64,000 nucleotides of DNA. Origin: Felis catus (Eukaryota). The stretch covers positions 95,916,001 through 95,980,000 of the forward strand of contig NC_058368.1 of assembly GCF_018350175.1 (NCBI RefSeq), read 5' to 3'. A program made the position numbers and the translations under genes. Under the pieces are notes generated by a model. The model was not told the origin of the DNA, made no database searches, and saw nothing but the letters and a program-made list of their open reading frames with translations. The number at the start of each line of letters is the position of its first letter. The first letter of the stretch is position 1. This document shows positions 12,170 to 22,675 of this stretch, in pieces.

Positions 12170-12700
12170 CATGCCCCACCCCCCACCCCCCCAATCCTTT
12201 CTATAAACGACGTCATAAACTTGCACGGGCCTGTGGGAAGTGAAATCATTAGCCATGCTCTATACAACGAAGTCGCGGTTCAACACATCAGCAAATTAAA
12301 GGGCGGGCAGCCTGTCCTCTGCATTGCTAGACGCCATCTCTTGTTACGTTTCCTCCATGCCGGCCATCCTCATTTTTCTCTTTTCTGAACTCCCTGCCGG
12401 CGCTTTGATGGAGCCAGTTAAACCTTCACTACCTCTGCTCTCCCCACTTCGCGAGGAAAAAAAAAATGTGGTTTAAAGTTCCAAAGGTGCTTGCTGCTAC
12501 ATGAATAAGGGCGGCAGGCCCTTGGCTCAGCAAAACAACAGCAGGTGAAATGTGGTGAAATGCACGTATTTATAGATGACCCTGCAGGATTTATAATGTG
12601 AAGCTAGAGTCTCTCTGGTGGAGGTCTGGCTCTCAGTGACTGCACCATCCAGGTCACTTCGAGGCAGCTGACTGGTTTTCTATATATGGCCCGGGGAACA
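12170..12700. promoter_or_regulatory. Candidate enhancer/regulatory element (repeat-free, CpG-retaining)
   Basis: About 14 CpGs in 12190-12460; GACGTCA 12209, GTCATAAA 12212, GGAAGTGAAA 12236, GGGCGGG 12301, CTTTGAT 12403, TGTGGTTT 12467; motif-based inference only. Confidence 0.4.
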
Positions 12701-13088
12701 GCTGTTAAGTTTTGAGACAAGAGCGTTTAAAACAAGTCTCGGGCCTGTTCAAGTCTAATAATTAGAATGAGAAATGGCAGGATGGGGAGTTTCAGATGCC
12801 ATAGTCCTGGCGTGAGGGAGATATTTCCCAAAGAAATGATTTTGTGTCAAGTTGTAGTTATTAAAACGAAGATATTTAATTATTTTTGTGGTCTGACTAG
12901 CAAGTAGAACAAAAAAATCGATGCAATAAAGTTTATAATTTTGATTCTGTGACTCTCTCATTGAGCAGCACTTGAGCAGAAAAGCAGATGGGCTCTGATT
13001 AGGCTTATAAATATAGAAATGTATTGATCATCCAGACAAAACTCCTTGAAGTGTTCCCTGCATGAGGTCAATGCATCTTTAAAAAACG

Positions 13089-13090
13089 CG

Positions 13091-13140
<50 letters not shown>
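13089..13140. repeat. (GA)n microsatellite
   Basis: Directly visible. Confidence 0.95.
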
Positions 13141-13289
13141 GCTGGAGCCTGGCTTTCCAGGCTCCAACCACGTTTGTGGAGTTGACATCTCAATAAATTA
13201 CAGGGCTGTATTGACTTCTTTATGGACTATGCGCAAACAAGCAGGGATTATGTTGAGCAGCCTTTAGACAAATGTGCAGAACCCTGTTT

Positions 13290-13490
13290 TGATTCCAGCG
13301 TATGACGTAAATTTTGTCAATGTTAACGAGTTCCAAGTAACAGAGGGAACTGAGGAGTCGACACACTTGCGCTAAGGGACCGGATTGCAGCGAAGTTGTG
13401 AATATTTTGGCTGCCGACCCCTTCTGGCCCGTGAACCTCAACCCCCCTCCCTCCTGTTTACACAGTGAATGAGCTCTGTTTTCACCCTCC
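13290..13490. promoter_or_regulatory. Candidate regulatory element
   Basis: About 9 CpGs in ~160 bp, TGACGTAA 13303-13310, FOX-type TGTTTAC 13455-13461; no repeat recognised. Confidence 0.35.
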
Positions 13491-14339
13491 AATATTCCTC
13501 TCCACCCCTATTTTTCATGCCTCTCGATGATCTCTTAGCACACTCGCTAACCCCAAACAAGAAACTGTGCATGCTGAGCGTCATCAGATCACGTTAGTTT
13601 CCCTTAAGGAATTTTGGCATCTGGATGGAAACTCCCTAATAGGCCCCTGGAAGCTTTCTCTTCTCAGATGTACATCTCTGGCTCCACTCCGTGTTTTCTC
13701 AGGGCAAATAGGGAACTATATCCTTTCTGTTAGTAACCCAAACCATATTTGTCATAAAATGATATTTATATGAAACTCACAGAAAATAGAAAAGAAAGCT
13801 AAGCCCTTCCCCATGGCCTACAAGGACCTTGGTTAGAAGATCAGTTATGTGCAGTACCTCAATTATTTATTCATGGCATGAAAACTCTAGAAACACTTTG
13901 AAGCAAAAGCTACCACTTATGTGTACCATTGCCATATCACTCCTGCTTTTTTAGGAACAAGGCTCGCCCTAGCCATTTTAGAGCAGGCATTTTATCCAGA
14001 CCATTAGAAATGTGACTCAGCCCGAAATAAACTAAGCTAAGATCTAAAGGGATTTATGCTAGAGACCTCTCTCTTCTACAGTGTAAGTATTGAAACGTTA
14101 TCCTCAACTATGGTATCTTGTTTCTAGAGTCACATGACACATTTTATACACTTTACTATTTTGCATCCGTATCTATGTCTTAGACAAGATTTAGAGAGAA
14201 ATTGGTGAAAATCAAGATGATAGGTGTAAAATCATCAAACCTAAAGAAACATGGAAGATTAAAAAAATAGTTAAGTCTCTTGTTTCACGTATGTATTTCT
14301 TGAGGAGTCCCCTCAGTTCATGAAAGACAAAGTTATAAC

Positions 14340-14530
14340 CGTTTACAATGTTCTAGGTAGACCGTGTGTTAAGGGCTTTGCAAATCTCATTTCAGCCATC
14401 TCGAGAACTCTTGAAAGTTGATGTTCCTAATGTGACTCCCATTTCGTGAGTGGAAAAACTGAGGCCCAACGAAGTTAACAACCCACAGGTTGTCAGTAGC
14501 AGGACAAGGAGTCCTATTTACCTCTTAAAC
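14340..14530 (-). mobile_element. MIR fragment
   Basis: 'cccatttcgtgagtggaaaaactgaggcccaacgaagttaac' is the antisense MIR core. Confidence 0.7.
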
Positions 14531-14863
14531 ACTGTAATACTGTATTTCTGCTTAGTGATGGGACAAAAAATAACAAATGGTCTAGACCAACCAAGGTAGC
14601 TGAACTTGATGATCTACCTAATGGCAAAGCAAGCACTGAGACCCACATCCCCTGACTCAGGATCATTGATACATTGGTACTACGTGAGAAAAAAGAAATT
14701 CACGTTATTTGTATGAATGTGGTGTATTACAACACCATGGTATAATTTGCCAAGTACCCTTGTAACTGTTACCTAATTGAGTCAATGTTAACTAATTATA
14801 ACCTAATGTTATAAAAGCAATAAAAATATATTTAGTGTTTTATGGTTTAAATGATAAAACTTT

Positions 14864-14983
14864 GGGGCACCTGATATCGCAGTTTGTGAGGTCGAGCCCC
14901 ACGTCAGGCTCTGGGCTGACAGTGTGGAGCCTGCTTCAGATTCTCTCTCTTTCCCTCTCTCTCTGCCCCTCCCCCTCATGCGT

Positions 14984-15030
<47 letters not shown>

Positions 15031-15264
15031 AATAAATAAATAAACTTAAGGGGAAAAAAAGGGGTACCTGGGTGGCTCGGTTGAGCATCCAATTCTTGAT
15101 TTCAGCTCAGGTCATGATCCCAGAGTCATGGGATCCAATCCCACATTGGGCTCCACGCTGGACTGGAGTCTGCTTAGTATTCTTTCTCTCCCTTTGTCCC
15201 TCTCCCTTGCATGCTCTCTCTCTTCCTAAAGTAAAAAATAATAAATAAATAATATATAAATAAA
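14864..15264 (+). mobile_element. Tandem pair of Can-SINEs (14864-15050, internally deleted; 15061-15264)
   Basis: Two heads; both units are enclosed by one 16-bp TSD taaatgataaaacttt (14848-14863 / 15265-15280). Confidence 0.93.
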
Positions 15265-16355
15265 TAAATGATAAAACTTTGCAATTTTGCCCATGTTTGG
15301 GAAAAGAGCCCTCAAGAACATCTCGTCTCTATATTCTTTCAGAAACCTTATGGAAAGTCCTTGAGAGAATTACTCAATAATAAATGAGTCATTCGCCATT
15401 CAGGGTGGTTTGTTTTAGCTGAATAATTCAATTACTCTCCTGTTAATAACTAGCTGCGTTTAATTGCATGGAAGGCATAGAAATGTGGTGGTCACCATTA
15501 ATTGTTGAATTAATTAATTTTTGGTTGGTGCAGTGGAAGGATTTAGGAAGAGATTTGATTTTGGTGCCCCAGGCAATTTGTACAGAATACAACCGGATGA
15601 GCGTCAGCTGTGGAAGAGGTGTAAGATGATACCCCATGCTCCCCAAGACTAGAGATAAATGCAAAGTCAGAAACTAGGAACGCTGCCAAAAAGGATGTAA
15701 AAGGCACCACAGATACTTGAGCCACATGTTCACTCTGCCAGGGAACCTGGCGCTAACTCCTTGTGGTGCTATTGGAAACACAGAAAGACAACGTCCCAAA
15801 TAAAGAACAAGCCATTAGGACCGTGGGGGGTTGAGAATGAGAAGTGACGAGTTTGACTTTACTCACACTGCTTTCTCTTTTGGGGACACCCCTCCGTCTC
15901 TCTCCATCCACCTGTTGAATTCCACTGCCCATTCGGGGACAACCCTCCGTCTCCCTCCATCCACCTGTCGAAGGCCACTGCCCACAGACAGCGCTCTTTT
16001 CTCTCTCCATACCAGCAAAACAGACTGTTGCTAACTTTGTAAGAGTTGCTAATCTGTGGATCAAAAATACAAATGCCTTCAGGAACCCGGCAGGTGACCC
16101 AAGTGAAGCAGGCAGTATTACTCTGTGTAGTCTGAAGGGGGCATCCCTTCTAGACACTGAGGGGATGACATTTACTTGATCAAGTTGAGTTGAGATTTCG
16201 TTCCATAGGTTCCACCTCTTTCTCTGCTAGTGTAACCGTGTCCTCTGAGCATCATGACTCATGATTGCCCGAAGGAATTCGATTAGTATACCCCACGGTG
16301 GTGTTAAAGCCTGGAAGTTGCTGACTCATTTCTTTTGATATTAAATCACTCCACA

Positions 16356-16402
16356 GGGCACTTGGGTGGCACAGTTGGTTAAGCATTTGACTTTGGCTCA
16401 TG
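16356..16402 (+). mobile_element. Truncated Can-SINE head
   Basis: 'gggcacttgggtggcacagttggttaagcatttgactttggctca'. Confidence 0.75.
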
Positions 16403-16621
16403 CTTAACAGCTTTTTCTTTTACCTTCTGATTGGTTGTGGTTTAGGATCCTGAATACATCGCTTTTTGGAATTTTGTATAAAGGGAATAGATTTGAGTGA
16501 ACAATCTTAGAAATATCTGTAAACTGCAAGATACACTTCCAAGGTAATATATGATAGATTGGAAGTAATGTGTATAACCTCTAGGTAAACTTTAAGGTTT
16601 AGCATTAAACGCTAACTATAT

Positions 16622-16719
16622 ATTTTTTTCAGTAACCTCTACTCCCAACGTGGAGCTCGAACTCACAGCCCTCACATCCAGAGTCACATGCTCTTCCAAG
16701 TAAGCCAGCCAGGTGCCCC
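16622..16719 (-). mobile_element. Short old Can-SINE
   Basis: 'ctctactcccaacgtggagctcgaactcac...agccagccaggtgcccc'. Confidence 0.8.
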
Positions 16720-17348
16720 TAAGTATTAGCTATAAGCTCACTATCAAACTTATTAATTATAAAATGGCAGGAATATTGATATTTGTTCCTAAATGCATCT
16801 CCTAGGTTCTCTGCTGGAATTAACCACTACTCTCAACATTACCCATATCCTTTCTTTGTTGTTTTTAATGCTATTATTATGTGTTTAATGCTACTAAACA
16901 ATGTGGCATCTAGTTTTCTTGTTGAATTTATAAAAATGTTTATAAAAATACCAAACGTTATGTTATCCACTTTTGATTCCATTTTCCTTCATTCTGTTTC
17001 TCAGATCTATCCACATTGTTTTATGTTGCCACAATTCTTTCTTCTTATTCCTTAATAAATGCCACCATGACAATGGTAAAATGTTATCCATACCCTTGGC
17101 TATGCATTGTTGCTAGTTTTTTTTGTTTGTTTGTTTCCCCCCTTATGTGAACAATCCTTTTGTGAATATCTTCTCTGGTGCACATCGGCAAGACTTTCTA
17201 TTACATGGTGTTCAAACTCTACTATGATTCATGTTAAGGAATAAATTTTAGATTGTGGTCCAGTAGAGATTTCGAATAAAGAGACTTCCAGTGCATAAAT
17301 AGGGTATATTTCCCCACCTAACTTCAGTCTTTTAAATATCTCTCAGTA

Positions 17349-17560
17349 GGGGCGCCTGGGTGGCTCAGTTGATTGAGCATCCGACTTCAGCTCAGGTCAT
17401 GATCTCACTGTTTGTGGGTTTGAGCCCCCTGTCTCTCCGTGCTGACAGCTCAGAGCCTGGAGCCTGCTTGGGATTCTGTGTCTCCCTCTCTCTGTGCCTC
17501 TCCCTTGCTCTGCTCTCTCTCTTGAAATAAATAAACATTAAAAAAAAAACTTAAAAAATA
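17349..17560 (+). mobile_element. Can-SINE
   Basis: ggggcgcctgggtggctcag head, CT tract, A tail. Confidence 0.95.
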
Positions 17561-18174
17561 TATATATATCTTTCAATAAAGTTTCATTCTATTTTCCACA
17601 GAGACCATTAGCCTGCTCCAGTCTCTATCTCTTCCTTCTAGAATTACAACTAGAAGGTGAACTTCCCATTTATCCCTCACTTCTCTTGTTTAAATTTTCT
17701 GTTCCCTGTGCCTGAACTATGATGTAGGTATGTCCTTCAGACCTGTCTTACAGTTCTCTGATAGCCTGTGACCGTTTTGTTACCTACCCATGGATTGTGA
17801 ATTTGTATTCTAGAATTATACTTCTTTTCCAAATCACTCTTGTAATAGTTTCTTATTAATTATTCTCTTAAAAATTGCATTTTTTAACCTTGAACACTTT
17901 ACATTATTTCATAATTTCTAATTCTATTATCTCAAGTCCTTGGAGATCTAAAGTTGTTGTCTTTTAGTTTCTGCCGACTTTCCTTCATGTTATCCTATTT
18001 TATAGGTTTTCTTGTGATTAAAATGTTTTTCTTTATTTGGTTGAACTTAATTTGTGATAAGACTGTGGTTCTGATGTAGGGGGAGAATTTAATTTGTTGT
18101 TGCTGAAGCCCAGAATTTGCTAATAACATGGGGTGCTTCCGTAATCGCCTTAGGGTTTCCATTGTAATTCAGGT

Positions 18175-18445
18175 TTTATTTTATTTTGATTTTATTTTAT
18201 TTTATTTTATTTTATTTTATTTTATTTTATTTTATTTTATTTTATTTTATTTTATTTATTCTTGAGAAGGAGAGAGAGTGCAAGCGGAGGAGGGGCAGAG
18301 AGAGAGGGAGACACAGAATCCAAAGCAGGCTCCAGGCTCTGAGCCGATGGCACAGAGCCTGACGGGGGGCTCGAACTCACGAACCGTGAGATCATGACCT
18401 GAGTTGAAGTCGGACACTTAACCGACTGAGCCACCCAGGCGCCCC
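18175..18445 (-). mobile_element. Can-SINE with expanded (TTTTA)n tail
   Basis: Antisense body; pentamer tail ~18175-18255; TSD aattcaggt (18166-18174 / 18446-18454). Confidence 0.95.
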
Positions 18446-18971
18446 AATTCAGGTATTTTATATATAGCTCCTTCACTTTGTGGCATTCCCAAGACTTTGG
18501 CTCTCCTCTCAGCATCACTCTAGGTATTAGTGTCTAGGGCCATCACATACCAGATACGTATCACATACTCACCACAGGTGCCTTCTCTGATTCAAGTTCA
18601 TAGTTGTTATTTTGGCTTAATATTTACCCTTGCAGATTTTTCTTGCTTGTCCTGAATCCATTATCTTTCTAAGCATATGTCTTCCGGACTTTAGCAGTAT
18701 CACAGTAGGAAGGCTTTTGAGTCACAAATCTACCCCCTTCACTACAAGAAAGTGAAATCCAGGCACACGGCGTTGGCTTCATGGTTCCTTCAAGTCTACA
18801 GACAGAACAGTGTCCTTCATGAGGAGCATGGAGAACATAATCGGCAGGAAAGCATTAGGGCCTTTGTGTGTAAAGGCTGGGAAGTGTATTCGTGTCTGTG
18901 TGTTCGACTTATAAAAATCATATGTTACTTCGGAGGTCTGAAATCAACTTCTTTGGGGGCTAGTTACATAG

Positions 18972-19005
<34 letters not shown>

Positions 19006-19741
19006 CCAGAGCCTGAATATTTTGATCTGCTGGATATAGTGTTGTGGGAATGTTAGTAGGGGTCAGATGCTAATTCCCATTAATAAGATGTCTCTGAGGC
19101 CATGCAAAAGAGGTTTTTGTTTCACTGATGGCAAAGTGAATCAACAGCCATTAAGTAAGTGAAAACTTTTACTCTTCTGTGTCCACATTGAAATGAGCAG
19201 GCAAATTCTTTTTGGAAAGATGCTGGTAGCGTTCCTTCCTTCTAATTGGTTTCACTCTTCTTTCTTCCTTTGAAAAACCACTTGGGAAATAGAAATTTCA
19301 GTGAGGTACATGCCAGTTTTTTTTAGACTAAAAGGGATTTAACAGGGTCTGCATAAAGCCTTAACCTATCTGCTCATTGTTTTTTGCCCAGGAAATACCG
19401 TAAATCATCCAATTAACCTTAAAGTCGGTGGGTCTTTCCTTGTATATTGTGCATGTCATGTTTTCATAGACTCTTCGGCCTGCGTCATGGTTTTGCTTTA
19501 TCATCTTGGCAAGGGTAGTCATGTTAGGCATGTGCATCAGAATGGCTGACCATGTTTTTAGGACATGACGTGAAGTGGTGGCAGAGAAACCCCAGGGTTG
19601 AGGGCGAAATACAGAATGCAGCTGAGGCATCATAATGTCAGCTTACTCCTACGCCCAGCTCTTTGCCACAGAATGCTGGAGTCAGGGAGCATCCTGAGGT
19701 TAGGTGTCCAAAGCACACTGTGACTGGAATGCCCAATTTGA

Positions 19742-19942
19742 ATTTTTTTTAATGTTTATTTTTGACAGAGAGAGACAGAGCACAAGCAGGGGAGGGGCAG
19801 CGAGGGAGACACAGAATCTGAAGCAGGCTCCAGTCTCTGAGCTGTCAGCACAGAGCCCGATACAGGGCTTGAACCCACCAACCGTGAGATCATGACCTGA
19901 GCCGAAGACGGATGCTCAACCGACTGAGCCACCCAGGCACCC
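19742..19942 (-). mobile_element. Can-SINE
   Basis: Antisense body ending 'gagccacccaggcaccc'. Confidence 0.95.
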
Positions 19943-20331
19943 TTAGAATGCTTATTTTGAACAGTCAGTCAGAAATCTCTACCCAAATTTTGTCTACTGG
20001 ATTTGTCTCTTTTGGCTGAACAGCACTCAGTATGCACTTCTTTGTGCAGATTTGAGATTCGCTGGGACAATTTTAGACAGGCATGTTAAAGAACACAGGG
20101 GCATTAACCAAAGCCAAAGAAACTAAAATGTTTATGTTTTCCAGCTAAATAATTGATTGCTTAATATATTCTGCCTACAATCAACTCCGGGAAAAATAGG
20201 ACTTTTGCGTTTGTTCCAGGGCCATAGCGAGGGAACTCTTTTAAATGTATTCTATGGTATTTGCTTAGATATACACTGCTAAAGTTAAAAACAAACAGAA
20301 AGAGTGAAACCTTATTACACTTAGACATACT

Positions 20332-20545
20332 GGGGCGCCTGAGTGGCTCAGTCGGTTAAGCCTCCAACTCTTGATTTCCGCTCAGGTCATGATCTCACGG
20401 TTCATGAGTTCAAGCCCCACATCAGGCCCTGCACTGACAGCTTGGAGATTGCTTGGGATTTTCTCTCTCTTCCCCTCCTGTGCTTTCTCAGTCTCTCTCT
20501 CTCTCTCTCAAAATAAAGAACTTACTTAGAAAAAGGAAAAACAAA
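20332..20545 (+). mobile_element. Can-SINE
   Basis: Head, B box gagttcaagccc, tail; TSD-like ttagacata. Confidence 0.93.
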
Positions 20546-21743
20546 TTAGACATAATTGGGAATAATGTTAATTATAAGAAATATAAATTGCTGAAGATAC
20601 TTAAAATAATAAGGCATTGTTAGACAGGTACTTGGAAGTAAATAAATTCTTCTATAGTGCCTGAAAATTGTTTACTGAGTGAATTTTTTATGGATTGGTA
20701 CTTCACATTTTGATGATTCTTAATGTTAATTATTGGAAGTAGACTAATCATAAGTGAGTGTTTCATTCACACGAAACCATGTAAAACAATAAACTTTATA
20801 AAATGAATTCAGCTAGGTTGCTGTGAATTCACTCTAGGTACAATGTAAAATCCTGGAACTGCCTTTTCCCTTAATCGTAAAAATGGGTGTTCTTAATGAC
20901 TTCCCCATAAAAATTCTTAAATATGCCTCATATTCTATGGCAAATATAAATATTAGAATTACTCTTTTGTGCCTAATTACAGAAAAGCAGGAGAATTTAA
21001 TTCTCTGGGTAAGACATACAATGCAAGAAACTGAACTCACAATATAGATCAAGCAGCTGGGAGAAAAGCCCATGATTGATTTGATAAAGAACTTCCTGAG
21101 GAATGTACAGAAGAATTGCTATAAATGCCTAGATCGTGATACATGTCGATAATTTAGTGGCTTATGTGATAGTAAAGTTTCAAAATGCAGTGTGTTCAGT
21201 TTTGCTCATAGAACAGCAATTTGAGCCTAAGTCTCCCAACTACCTTCAAAAAACTGCACGTGATAGATGTTAATCATTCCGTGTTTCCAAATGTGACAAA
21301 GAAGAGGGTTAGATTCAAAGTTAAGTGTATGAGGCTTTGCAGATGTCTGATTGTTGAAAATCTGGGTATCTGTGCCCACTTTTGTTTCTTTTCCTTTGGA
21401 AGTAAGAATCATGGGTCACAGCACACAGGAAAAATGTCAAAATCGAACTGGAATTTGAAGAGAGATCTTTCTCAGAGAGCCAGCAAGCCTGAATAAGATA
21501 AGAGAGAAGAAATGAAATAATTCAGAGAAGAATTTAAACACTGTTGTGACAGCTGGATAGGGAAAGGCCAATTGCAGAAAGCATAAAATATGTATGGGAA
21601 GATGAAAGCAACAGGGATGATGGACCCATTGGGCAGGGAACAATGAGAAACGAAGAGTTATTTCTGTAAAGGTGTCGAGTCGTTTGTGAAGCCATGGCAT
21701 GGCCTGTCACCTAGGAGGGAGGCTGATGATCTTATAGGAGTCA

Positions 21744-22186
21744 TTTTTTTTTTAAGTTTATTTATGTAGGGGCACCTGGGTGGCTCAGTAAGTTAAGCAT
21801 CTGACTCTTCGTTTCGGCTCAGGTCACGATCTCACAGTTCCATGAGTTCGAGCCCCGCATCGGGCTTTGCGCTGACAGCTCAGCTTGGAGCCTGCTTCAC
21901 ATTCTGTGTCTCCCTCTCTCTCTGCCCCTCCCCTGTGCACTCTCTCTTGAAAATAAATAAACATTAAGTTTAAAAAAAATAAAGTTTATTTACTTATTTT
22001 TGAGAATGATGGAGAGAGTGAGCAGGGGAGAGGCAGAGAGAGAGGGAGAGAGAGAATCCCATGCAGGCTCCGCATTGTCAGTGCAGAGCCTGACATGGGG
22101 CTAACCAACCTCAGGAACCATGAGGTCATGATCTGAGCAGAAATCAAGAGTCGGTTGCTTAACCGGCTGAGCCATCCAGGCGCCTC
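21744..22186 (-). mobile_element. Can-SINE (host), tail interrupted by an opposite-strand SINE
   Basis: T tail at 21744, body 21993-22186. Confidence 0.9.
21769..21981 (+). mobile_element. Can-SINE nested in the tail of an antisense SINE
   Basis: TSD aagtttattta (21754-21764 / 21982-21992). Confidence 0.93.
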
Positions 22187-22199
22187 TTAAACAAGTCTT

Positions 22200-22526
22200 T
22201 TTAACCTCCCACATAGATAGAAGCACTAAATATAGCTTGGTGAACTCTCTAAGAGGGACAGTTGGTCTTACTGTGGCAAACTCATGGCATGTATCTCATG
22301 ACTGAGCAGTTCTTTTCCCCAGAATATATTCCATAGATAATCCATGGCAATTTTCATATACGTGTGTGAAAGTGTTAATTACCACAGTGTTGCTGGTGAT
22401 CAGAAGTTGGAGAGAATTTGGGTACCATGATGGAAAAAGTGCATAAATAACTGTATGTCATGGTGACTCTTTCAGTGATTCCAAACAGTGAATTAGCCAT
22501 ATACATAGCAACATGGAGAGATCTTT
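22200..22526 (+). mobile_element. Ancient L1ME-type 3' fragment (left half)
   Basis: 'catatacatagcaacatggagagatcttt' is an L1ME 3'UTR-like block; the apparent continuation is at 35529. Confidence 0.45.
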
Positions 22527-22675
22527 CTATTTTTTAAAGTCACAAATTATTAAGGAATAGTTTGCACCCATTAAATTTTACCTTTTTAAAGGTACTGTTT
22601 AATGAGTTTTGACTAACTTCCACACTCGGGTGTATGTAACAATGATCAATATAAATAAGATAGGAGAGTTCCATC

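Noticed and set aside
12074..12388. 104-aa ORF across the CpG-retaining patch
   Set aside because: Non-ATG start and no recognisable protein similarity; better explained as regulatory DNA.
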